Made by a program: the position numbers and the translations under genes. This document shows, piece after piece, positions 11,168-23,100 of a stretch of DNA of 64,000 bases. Origin of the DNA: Mobula hypostoma. Lineage: Eukaryota. The notes beneath the pieces were generated by a model, which worked only from the letters and a program-made list of their open reading frames with translations, was not told where the DNA came from and ran no database searches. The stretch is from contig NC_086107.1 of assembly GCF_963921235.1 (NCBI RefSeq), positions 100,008,001-100,072,000 of the forward strand, in the 5' to 3' direction. Position 1 is the first letter of the stretch; every line of letters begins with the position of its first letter.

Positions 11168-14100
11168 CTGCAAAATATTGGGGAAAAGAAATAATATTAC
11201 ATTTTTATTTGCGCAACCAAAACTCTGGAAGTGAAAACAACTCCCAAAATCCTTTTTGGTGTAACTCCTTGATCAGAGTCTGTTCTTTATAACATTCAGT
11301 AGGAAATGATGTTTGAGCAGTATGCATCCATAGGGTTTACCTCTTGGGAACAACAAATAATATTGTGCCCACTCCCTTGACACCTGCAGGTTTGTCCCCT
11401 TCCTAATTTATCACATTCCTCTTTGAAAATTTCTTCTAAAACAGAATCTATCTTCCTTTCAGCATAAAACCACTAATCCTTTTCTGCCAAAAACGTCAGA
11501 TCTTCATCTCGTTACTTATCAAAACCCTTCACGATTCTAAACATATCTTAAGATTTCTTCTCTCCCCTGAGGGGAAAGCTGGCTTATTCTAGTTTCCCCT
11601 TTTGTACTAACAGGGATTTCACTAGCTCGGTGCTCAAGATGATTAAAAGCAGCCCTGAAGAAAACTGTCAGCCCAAAACATCGACTGTTTATTCTTTCCC
11701 AGCAATGCTGAGTTTTTCCTGCATTTGCTTCTGATAAAAACAGATTCTGAATTTTATTGTCTACCATTACATTTTCAGTATTGATCAAGTACAACTGAAA
11801 ACTCTCTTGCACCAAAAGACACTGACGTCAGTTCAGTTGCTAATTTTAAATGTGTGAGTGAGATCCAATGCTATTGAAGCTAAAAGTGAGAATACAGAGC
11901 TGAGTTATGGATCTAATCTTATTAAATGTAAATCTTAGGAGCTGAACGGCCTACTCTAGTCCTTATTTTCAGCACTGAATTACTTTTATCTCTATTTATC
12001 TGTTCAACCAAATATGATAGAAATTATGTACAGAGTCAGATTTAATAAATGATTTAATTGGTGTTGATGATGTTGCATAGAGGAGCTATGTTGGAGCAAT
12101 GTATAAATCACTCCCTGTTCAAACCAAGAACCCCATGGGATTGTATACACCTACTAAACCAGACTGATAGTCAGTCCCCTGCTCTTAACATCTCAAAGAT
12201 CAGTCTTTACATCTCATTCATCTGCAGAAGCTTGTTTACCAAAGCCTTCAAAGCAGGCAGCAATCAAACACTTTTGAGTTTATATGAAAAATGTCACCGA
12301 CTTGTGTCAAACCTGCACTAAAATTAGAACAGAAAATGCTAGCAACACTCGTGGGGCCAGGCAGCATCGTTTGATCTGAAATGTTAATTATTTTCCTCAT
12401 TTCACAGATGCTGGCTGATTTGCTGAGAGTTTTCAGATTTTCAGCTTCCACGATTTTACTTTCATTACATTAAAATTACAACCGTGGTGCAGCTGTATAA
12501 CTAAAGAGTTATATATTTTCCATTTTTAGTTCTACAACATCCAGTCTGACACATTGCTATATGCTCATGTAGCAGAAGTTACGAGCATTGGAGTACTCAG
12601 AAGAAGCCTACACTTGCATGGCCAGACTCCTCCAGAGGTACAGTGGTGGGGGATAAAAAGGAATCAGATGATGGTCCAATCACTTTCCTTTCCTACCAGA
12701 TTCCTTTTTCACCATTCCCTCCCCCACTCTCATTACAATGATCCACCTATCACTTGCCAGCTCTTGCACACACACCTTCCCCTCACTTCTTTATACCGAT
12801 CATCTCCACTCTATCTTTCAGTCCAGTTGAAGGGTCTTGACCTGAAACAGTGACTTTCCATTTCCCTACACAGAAACCGCCTGAACCACTGAGTTCCTCT
12901 AGCAGCTTGTTTTTTGGTAACCTTTAATTGTCCGTGGTTTAAACATTACATTTATCCTCATAATAGATTTTGAGGTTGGCTTACAGGTTGGAAAGGGAAG
13001 AATAAGTTACCAGCCACTGGCAGCTCTAACTCGACTCAGGAAATGCAGCACCACACAAATCTCAAGGGTTTCTGTTAACCCCCTCAACTCACTGCAAATT
13101 TGGTATTTTTATTATTTTTTTACATATTCAGAAAAAATAGCTTGATTTGAATTACACAGCCTAAAACAGATTAAACATTAACTTTTCAAAAGGAATTCGA
13201 AATACAACTGGGAATGAAAACACTTTCAGGGATATACTGCAGGTCAAAGAAAAGCAGGATTATAGAAAATGGAGAAAATGCTGGAATCTGGAGTAATAAA
13301 AACAAACAGCTGGAAGAACAAAACAAGTCAGGCAGGATCCCCAGAGGAAAATGGACAGTTGATATTAGGGGTTGAGAACCTTCGTTTGGATTATGGAAGG
13401 TTCTTTCAAAGAGTTACCATAAGTACGACAGGCCTTCTGTGCCGTACATTTCCATTCACTTGTAGAGTGCTTGAGGGTCCTGGATGAATTACAATTTTTT
13501 TTTAAACCTTCCCTCTGCTTTAGGAGGTCCACTCGAGGTCACTGAAGTCAGCAGAATGGGGAAAAGCAAATCAGAACCATTTGATCGAGTCTGCTGTTTA
13601 CCTCAACACTTAGGAATTCAGCTTGGGTCAAAAGCCAGTTCTCTGCCCTTCCAAGTTTACCAAGCATTCCATTCAGGAATGTCAGAGATAAAGGTGAACA
13701 GGCTATATTAAAAAGGTCTGTTTAGCTGCTTGTGAAAGAATCAGTGAGCTTTGATTAGGGGCATCAAACTGCATACAGGCAGATGTAGATTTAAGTTAGC
13801 CAAGTCCAACTTGCACAAGAATGCACAGGGACTCCTGGTCTATCAACATACCTAGATGCAATATGCATGACTAGTTTCCATCTCTGGTTCAATAAAGTAC
13901 AAAACATGAATGCAGAATGGAATTCAGATGTGTACAGAGGCCAGCAACTAGGTGCTTCCATAATCAAAGTACATTAGATATATCATAGTAAAAACTGGGC
14001 CAATAGAAGGCCCAGCCCCTGAGATCAACTGAACTTTGATTAGCTCAAAATTTAACCGTTTCATCTGTCACCACTCTTAAATATTACCTGCCTTCAACAT

Positions 14101-17100
14101 AACCAAAAGAACAGAACTTTCCAATTTCTGATCACATAGATGACTAAAAGTGACCATCTTGTTTTCCAATCATACCAGACCGACATTTTAATAGCACTAA
14201 AAGTTGTTCTAGTGAGCTGTGTGAACCCGATTTCATGCAAGACTCACACTTCTGTAATCTTGAATGCTCCCATATCTTAGCTCCTCCAATTTCAGCTTGC
14301 TAATCGGTAATCATACCAGAGATATTGATCAAAGCCAGATACAGAGGCCATCTTAATGGAGATGGAGTAGCAAGCATCAGGAGTTTGATTAATGTTTTGC
14401 AAAGGAGAGGAAACAAGAATGTGTAGTATTTACTCTTACGTGAGGCAAACACTTCACAGAAATTATCCTAACAATCAAAAAATTGCTGGGTACCAACAGG
14501 AAGATCAAGTCCAATAAATATGTTGGTTCTTCTGTTTAAAAGTTCAGGAGAGCATCCAAATGTTAAATCACAGTGTAGAAAAAGATACATTTTATAAACA
14601 AGCCCCTCCACCCAGCAGTAATTAAATTGTAAGCCCATACCTTGTACTCAAGGGCGAGGTCTGTGTGATCATCTATGTCTACTTTGGCCATTACAACTTT
14701 CCCTTCCTGTTGTGCCACCAGTTTCTCAAGCCTTGGACCCAGCATACGACAAGGGTTGCACCAACTGCAGAGCAGAAAGAGATCAGATGAAGGTGAATGT
14801 GTTAACAAGAACAATGGTGACATATGTCAGCAGCATTTCTCTCATGAGGCCACTAACAGGATTTCAAAGAACTGCAGAGTATCTCAAGCAAAAGGTCATT
14901 CTTCCTATTCAAAGTACGTATGCAGTCCACAACCCTGAGATGATTCATCTTCTCCACAACCATGGAACCAAGAAAAACATGGAACCCATTCAAAGAAAAA
15001 ACATCAACCAACCCCCCCCCACACACAAAAAAAACACAAATTGTGCAAACAGGAACAAGGACATCAACCCCCCCATGAGTAAAATTGCACACACAAGAAA
15101 GAACAAGCAAAAACAAGGAATATAAAATTTATACAAAATTTAAAGACTCCAATTGAACTACAATCCAATCCACAAACCACAGACCCCACTTTGGCATTCT
15201 CCTCCGACAGCATCTGTGGGGGAGAAGGGACCAATCAAACGCAGGGATCTTCCCTCAGAAGCAGTGAGTGAGAGAACTCCACAAGCAGACATCTCCCTCC
15301 GGCAACAGCGAGCTCGAGGGTGCGAGGTGGCACTGAACACTCACCCGTCTTCCGCACTTGCTCAATCTTCATCGACGCTTTAATGGGCGAGAAATGGAGC
15401 CAATCATGATCAAGGGGAACATGAGGGAGAATTTATTCAAGCAAAGGGTGGTGAGAATGTGCAATGAGCTACCAGTGGAAGTGGTGGACATCTGTTCAAT
15501 TTGAACATTTAAGGGAAGTTTGGACAAGACAGAAATGGAGGGCTATGGTCCAGGTGCAGGTCAATGGGACTAGGCAGAATAATAGTCTGGCATGGATTAG
15601 ATGGGCCAATGGGCCTTTCTCAGTGCTGCAAGGCTCTATGATTCTATGACATTCCAAACATTGTGGCCTTACCTTTGGCTTATCGGTTTTAGATCATATT
15701 CATACTTTATGTTTTACTGATAACCCTAGGTTGTGTTTCACTTGGCAACCGCCAAGCTATAACGAATTGATGTCAGTGAACTTTAGTCTATGCCTGATCT
15801 TCACTGTTACACCTAGTTACTCCTTAAGAACGACTTGATTTTCTATTTTTGGTACCGGTGCCCCACTTTTCATTGAACTAAAGCAAATAGCTTAGTCACA
15901 GAATAACCACATTCTGCACATTCAGTATTTCTGCTGAGCTGAAGGAAGCACTGATTTCTGGGGTAATTTTGTAACAGGTAGAACAATCAGCTTGTGGGAT
16001 TGAACAATTAACACTTCTGCATCAGAACTGGAGAGTGGAGTTCCAGATATCACTTCTCTAATTCCAGCATCTTTTGTATTTCATTTCCAGTACCATCATG
16101 CATACACCGAGATTAGCATGTTGTGCAGCAAAGCTGATACCAAGAAATACGACAACTGCAGTAAAAAGATAGTGGAAGCAAATTCAATCAAAACTTTCAA
16201 GAGTGAAATGGATAAATACAGAAAAAAATTATGTAGTGCTGTGAGGGAAAAAAAAGCATGAGTGGGACAAAAAGCAAATACAGATATGAGCAGCTGAATG
16301 ACCCACTTCTGTTTTGTACAAATTCATAAAGTGTAGAAGTAACATCACATTTCCAGAGGAACTGACCAGAACTACAAGTTACAAAAGTTATTTTCTCCTC
16401 CCTCCATTCCTTCCATAACATCTAGCATTATATGCAATTGATTTCTTTTTGTGTGCCAATATTGATGCCTTTATGGTAATTGTTCCAAAGTACTGAATCC
16501 AAAAAGCCATACTATAGAGTGAAGGCCTTGGTGAGCAGGATTAAGGAAAACACCAAGGCATTCTACAAGTATGTGAAGAGCAAGAGGATGAGCCATGTGA
16601 GAGTAGGACCAATCAGGTACGATAGTGGAAACGTGTGCATGGAGTCGGAGGAGGTAGCAGAGGTACCTAATGAATACTTTGCTTCAGTATTCACCAGGGG
16701 AAAAGACCTTGGCCATTGTGGGGATGACTTACAGTGGACTGAGCATATAGGCATTAAGAAAGAGGATGTGTTGGAGCTTTTGGAAAGCATTAAGTTAGAT
16801 AAGTCACTGGGACTGGATGAAATATACCCCAGGCTACTGTGGGGAGGAGATTGCTGAGCCTCTTGCGATGATCTTTGCGTCATCAATGGGGAAGTACCGG
16901 AGAATTGGAGGGTTGCAAATGTTGTTCCCTTGTTCAAGAAAGGGAGTAGAGATAACCCAGGAAATTATAGACCAGTGAATCTGACTTCAGTGGTGGACAA
17001 GTTGTTGGAGAAGATCCTGAGAGGCAGGATTTATGAGCATTTGGAGAGACATCATCTGATTAGGGATAGTCAACATGGCTTTGTCAAGGACAGGACGCGC

Positions 17101-20100
17101 CTTACAAGCCTGACTGAATTCTTTGAGGAAGTAACAAAATACACTGATGAAGGTAGAACGGTGGATGGATTTGGATTTGGATTTCAGTAAGGTATTTGAT
17201 AAGGTTCCCCATGCTAGGCTCCTTCAGAAAATAAGGAGGCATGGGATCCAAGGAGACCTTGCTTTGTGGATCCAGAACTAGCTTGCCCACAGAGGACAAG
17301 GGTGGTTGCAGATGGGTCGTATTCTGCAAGGTGGTCAGTGACCTGAGGTGTTCCACAGGGATCTGTTCTCGGACCCCTCCTCTTTGTGATTTTTATAAAT
17401 GACCGGGATGAAGAAGTAGAAGGGTGGGTTAGTATGTTTGCTGATGATAGAATCTCATAGAATTTTTTGAGGATGTAACTAGTAGAGTGGATAGGGGAGA
17501 ACCAGTGGATGTGGTATATTTGGATTTTCAAAAGGCTTTTGACAAGGTCCCACACAGGAGATTAGTGTGCAAACTTAAAGCACACGGTATTGGGGGTACA
17601 GTATTGATGTGGATAGAGAATTGGTTGGCAGACAGGAAGCAAAGAGTGGGAATAAACGGGACCTTTTCAGAATGGCAGGCAGTGACTAGTGGGGTACCGC
17701 AAGGCTCAGTGCTGGGACCCCAGTTGTTTACAATATATATTAATGACTTAGATGAGGGAATTAAATGCAGCATCTCCAAGTTTGCAATGACACGAAGTTG
17801 GGCGGCAGTGTTAGCTGTGAGGAGGATGCTAAGAGGATGCAGGGTGACTTGGATAGGTTGGGTGAGTGGGCAAATTCATCCACTTTGGTGGCAAAAACAG
17901 GAAAACAGATTATTATCTGAATGGTGGCCGATTAGGAAAAGGGGAGGTGCAACAAGACCTGGGTGTCACTATACACCAGTCATTGAAAGTGGGCATGCAG
18001 GTACAGCAGGCGGTGAAAAAGGCGAATGGTATGCTGGCATTCATAGCAAGAGGATTCGAGTACAGGAGCAGGGAGGTACTACCGCAGTTGTACAAGGCCT
18101 TGGTGAGACCACACCTGGAGTATTGTGTGCAGTTTTGGTCCCCTAATCTGAGGAAAGACATTCTTGCCATAGAGGGAGTACAAAGAAGGTTCACCAGATT
18201 GATTCCTGGGATGGCAGGATTTTCATATGATGAAAGACTGGATCGACTAGGCTTATACTCGTTGGAATTTAGAAGATTGAGGGGGGATCTTACTGAAACG
18301 TATAAAATCCTAAAGGGATTGGACAGGCTAGATGCAGGAAGATTGTTCCCGATGTTGGGGAAGTCCAGAACGAGGGGTCACAGTTTGAGGATAGAGGGGA
18401 AGCCTTTTAGGACCAAGATTAGGAAAAACTTCTTCACACAGAGAGTGGTGAATCTGTGGAATTCTCTGCCACAGGAAACAGTTGAGGCCAGTTCATTGGC
18501 TATATTTAAAAAGGAGTTAGATATGGCCCTTGTGGCTAAAGGGATTGGGGGTATGGAGGGAAGGCAGGTACAGGGTTCTGAGTTGGATGATCAGCCATGA
18601 TCATACTGAATGGCGGTGCAGGCTCGAAGGGCCGAATGGCCTACTCCTGCACCTATTTTCTATGTTTCTATGATACAAAGGTTGAGGGTGTTGTGGATTA
18701 TCTGGACAGTTGTCAGAGGTTACAATGGGGCATCGATAGATTGCGGAACTGGGCTAAGAAGTGGCAGATGGACTTCAACCCAGATAAGTGTGAAGTGGTT
18801 CATTTTGGCAGGTCAAATTTGAAGACAGAATATGATATTAATGGTAAGACTCTTGGCAGTGGGGAGGATCTGAAAGATCTTGGGGTCCGTGTCCACAGGA
18901 CACTGAAAACTGCTGCACAGGTTGACACTGTTGTTAAGATGGTGTAAGGTGTGCTGGCATTCGTCAACCATGGGATTGAGTTCAAGAGCCATAAGGTAAT
19001 GTTACAGCTATATAAGACCTTGGTCAGACCCCATAGAGCACAGGAAGGATGTGGATACTATAGAGAGATTGCAGAGGAGATCTACAAGGATGTTGCTTGG
19101 ATTGGAGAGGGTACCTTAAGAGAATAGGCTGAGTGAACTTGGCCTTTTCTCCTTGGGGGATGAGAGGTGTATAACGTGATGAGAGGCATTGATTGTGTGG
19201 ATAGCCAGAGGCTTTTTCCCAGGGCTGAAATGGCTGATATGAGGGGGCATAGTGTAAAGGTGCTTGGAAATGGGTAACGAGGGGATGTCAGGGTAAGTTT
19301 TCCACACAGAGAGTGGTGGTGCGTGGAATGCACTGCTGGCGGTGGCAGTGTAAGCGGATACAATAGGGTCTTTTAAGAGTCTCTTAGATAGGTACATGGA
19401 GCTGAGACAAATAGAGGGCTATGCGGTAGGGAAATTCTAGGCAGTTTCTAGAGTAAGTTATATGGCTGGCACAACATTGTGGGCCCAAAGGCCTGTAATG
19501 TGCTGTAAATGTCTATGTTATATGTTTACTGTAAGTATCCAATCAAATAAGCAGCTAAGAGCTAACTGATCATGGGAGACATTATAGTTCCCAATGATAC
19601 CCTTACCCAATAGAAAGAAATCCTGCAGTTGGTGTCCTCTGGACCATTCGTCTCCTTTATCCCATCAGCCATTCAGATGTCGAAAGCAGGTTATAATAAG
19701 ACCATAAGACAAGCAAACTCTAATCCCTCAAATGCGATTTTGTTAACTCAGCAGAGGCTGCACTAACCCTGCAATGAGCTGAGCCTGTACCCTCTGGACA
19801 ATCATCGTGCCCTTGATTAGCTACAGTTTACCCACCAGTGAAACTGAACACCATACAAACTTAGGGCTTGGCATTTTAACAAAATGCCATCCAAAGAGCT
19901 TAAACCATATTTATTTACTGACATGCAGCGTGGAATAGACCCTTCTGGACCTTCAAACTGCACCACCCAGCAACCGCCAATTTAATCCTAGCCTGATCGC
20001 ATTTAATTTACAATGACCAATTAACCTACAAACCGGTACGTCTTTGGACTGTGGGAGGAAACTGGAGCACCCGGAGGAAATCCACAGTCATGGGGGAACG

Positions 20101-23100
20101 TACAAATTCATTACAGGCAGCGGCAGGCATTGAACTCAGGTTGCCTCAACTGTAAAGCATTTTGCTAACCACCACGCTACCATGGTGCGCAATTACTGTT
20201 TTCTTCCTGATCCCAATCCATCAAACAACAGAGGAAAAAGGGTCTTAAAAACTAAATCAACTAACTCAGTTAACTTTTAGACTTCCAGACCCAAAAATGT
20301 CCTCGTCATGACTGTTCAGGCAATCAGAACCTCACTGAATGATACAGGAACATCCCCTACGTGTCAGGAACCACTATGGTTAGGCACCAGATGGCCAAAC
20401 ACTGTGTAACAAATAAAGTTAATTTATTTACAAGTACAGGAAGAAACTGGAGTTAAAATTTTTCAGAAAAGTTAAAATAATCATTTTAGTTCACTATTCT
20501 TCAACAGATTTTTTGGATGTAAACACTGTAAATTTTCAGCTGACAAAATGCATCATGGATGATAATCCCAATGTCAATAATGATTTAAGATTGGGGGTTG
20601 AGCAGTTCAGTAGTGACTAATTCCAAAATGCTGATGTCATTGATGTCGGTGTTAATTCACAGACTTCCTCTGCCTTCCTTTCAAACATTCTCAGCAGCTG
20701 TGTCAGAAATCACATCTCCCCTCTTTTTCCTGCCATGAGGATCTTTTGAGCCAATTAATTTTTTTTCTATAGACCCGTATTCACTTACTTGCAAAAAAAT
20801 TATATGATCCACTTGACGTAATTACTATTTTTTTATATAAGGTAGATGCAGAGAAACTATTTTTTTTGTCAGGGATTGTAGAACAAGGAGGCATTATAAT
20901 ATTAGAGCTTGGCCATAAGTACTTCCTGGCAGTAACTGAAATCTGGAATTCCTTCAAAATGCAGTGGCCCAAGTTCACTAGCAATTGCAATTTTCAAACA
21001 TAGCACTCAAAGCCTGTTCGCCAAGGGTATCAGTGTTACAGAACCAAAGCAATGAGATGCAGATCAACCTTAGAAAATAGCACAAAACAGCACACAGTAC
21101 AAGACCTTCGGCCCACAGTGTTATACTTTTAACCTACTCCAAGATCAATCTAAACCTTTCCTCCTGCATAAACCTCCATTTTTCTGTCATCTGTGCATAT
21201 CTAAGAGTTTCTTAAATGCCTCTACCACCACCCTGGCAGAACTTAACTCTTGACATCCCTCCTATACTTTCCTCCAATCATTTTAAAAATTATGCCCTCT
21301 TGTATTAGCCATTTCCACCCGAGAAAACATCTCTGGCTATCCACTCAATCTATGCCTCTTATCATCTTGTACACTTCTATCAAGTCACCTCTCATTCTCT
21401 TTCACTCCAAACAGAAAAACCCCAGCTCACTCAACCCAGCTTCATAGAACTTGTCCTCCAGTCTAGGCAGCATCCTGGTAATTTCCTCTGCACCCTCTCT
21501 AAAGCTTCCACATCCTTCCTATAATGAGACGACCACAACTGAACACAAAATTCCAAGTGTGGTTTAATCAGGGTTTTATAGAGTTGCAACATTACCTTGC
21601 GGCTCTCGAACTCAATCTACTGATTAATTAAGACCAAAACATCACAAGCCTTCTTAACTTGCACAGCAACTCTGAGGGATCTTGGGGACATGGACCAAGA
21701 TCCATCTGTTCCTCCACCCAGCTAAAATTTCTACCATTAACCCTGTATTCTGCCTTCAAATGTGACCTTCCAAAGTTAATCATGTCAGTTTTCCCAGTTG
21801 AACTCCATCTGCCACTTCTCAACCCAGCTCTACACCCTGTTGTTGCAACATACAATAATCCTCCACAGTTATCTACAACTCCACCAACCTTTGTGTCATC
21901 TGCGAACTTACTAACCCACCCTTCCACTTCCTCATCTAAGTCATTTATTAAAAAAAAATCACCAAGAGATTCCTGCAGAACACCACTGGTCACAGACTTC
22001 CAGGCAGAATACTCTCCATCTAATACCACCCTCTGCCTTCTATGGGCAAGCCAATTACATCCAAACAGCCAATTTTTCCTGGATGCCATGCCCCCTGACT
22101 TTCTGAAAGAGCCTATCATAGTTGATGGATTGCTTGTTTTTATTGCTCCTTTGCTTCCTGTCCTGGGGCATATCCTGTCTGGCCTCCTGGACTTATCTAT
22201 CCAAACGTTTTTCAAAAGCTCTAGCACATCCTCTTTCTTCTCATCAACATGTTCAAGCATATCACCCTCTTTTAGTCACCAAGACCTTCTCATGTCCCCT
22301 TCTAGCTCTCCCAAGTCCATTCTTCAGCTCCTCGCTGGCTACCACTGGCTGCAATTTTATCCTATCAACTGGTTATCCTTCCTCACAGACTCTCCACACA
22401 CTGCATCTACCTGTACACCAAATGCCCCATCCTCTGACCTATCACTCAGATTCCCACCCCCCGCCAAACTAGTTTAAACCCTCCCCAACAGCTCTAGCAA
22501 ATCTCTCCACAAGGATATCGGTCCCCGTCAAGTTCAAGTGTAATTCATCCTTTTTTTCTACAGGTCATCTCTTCGTCAGAAGAGATTCCAATGATCCAGA
22601 AATTAGAATACCAACCCCTTGCACCAATTCCTCAGCCACACACTCATCTGCCAAATCATCCTATTCTTACCCTCACTGATGTGCGGCACAAGCAGCAATC
22701 CAGAGATTACTACTCTTGAGGTCCTGTTTTTCAGCTTTCTACCTAGCTCCCTATATTCTCTCTTCAGGACTTCATCCTTTTAACTACCTATGATCCAATG
22801 AACCTTGATCTAATGAAAACGGCAGAACAGGTTCAAGCTGCTGAATGGTCTCTAACCACAAACGTTTAAATTTTGTAAAGGATGTAAAGCTGAAGAAATG
22901 GTTTTGAAATGCTATTCATCTATTTCAACTCAAACCAAAACATTACAAAATCTCTCACACCCTAAAATACTCACATACTTCCAGCAACAAATTATTCAGC
23001 AGTGTTCATGGGCCACCTTTTTTCTACTTCCCATTTTATTTGTTTTCAAATGTTTTTATTGTGAAGCAACATCAGCTTAACCACAACCGACAATGTCCTA

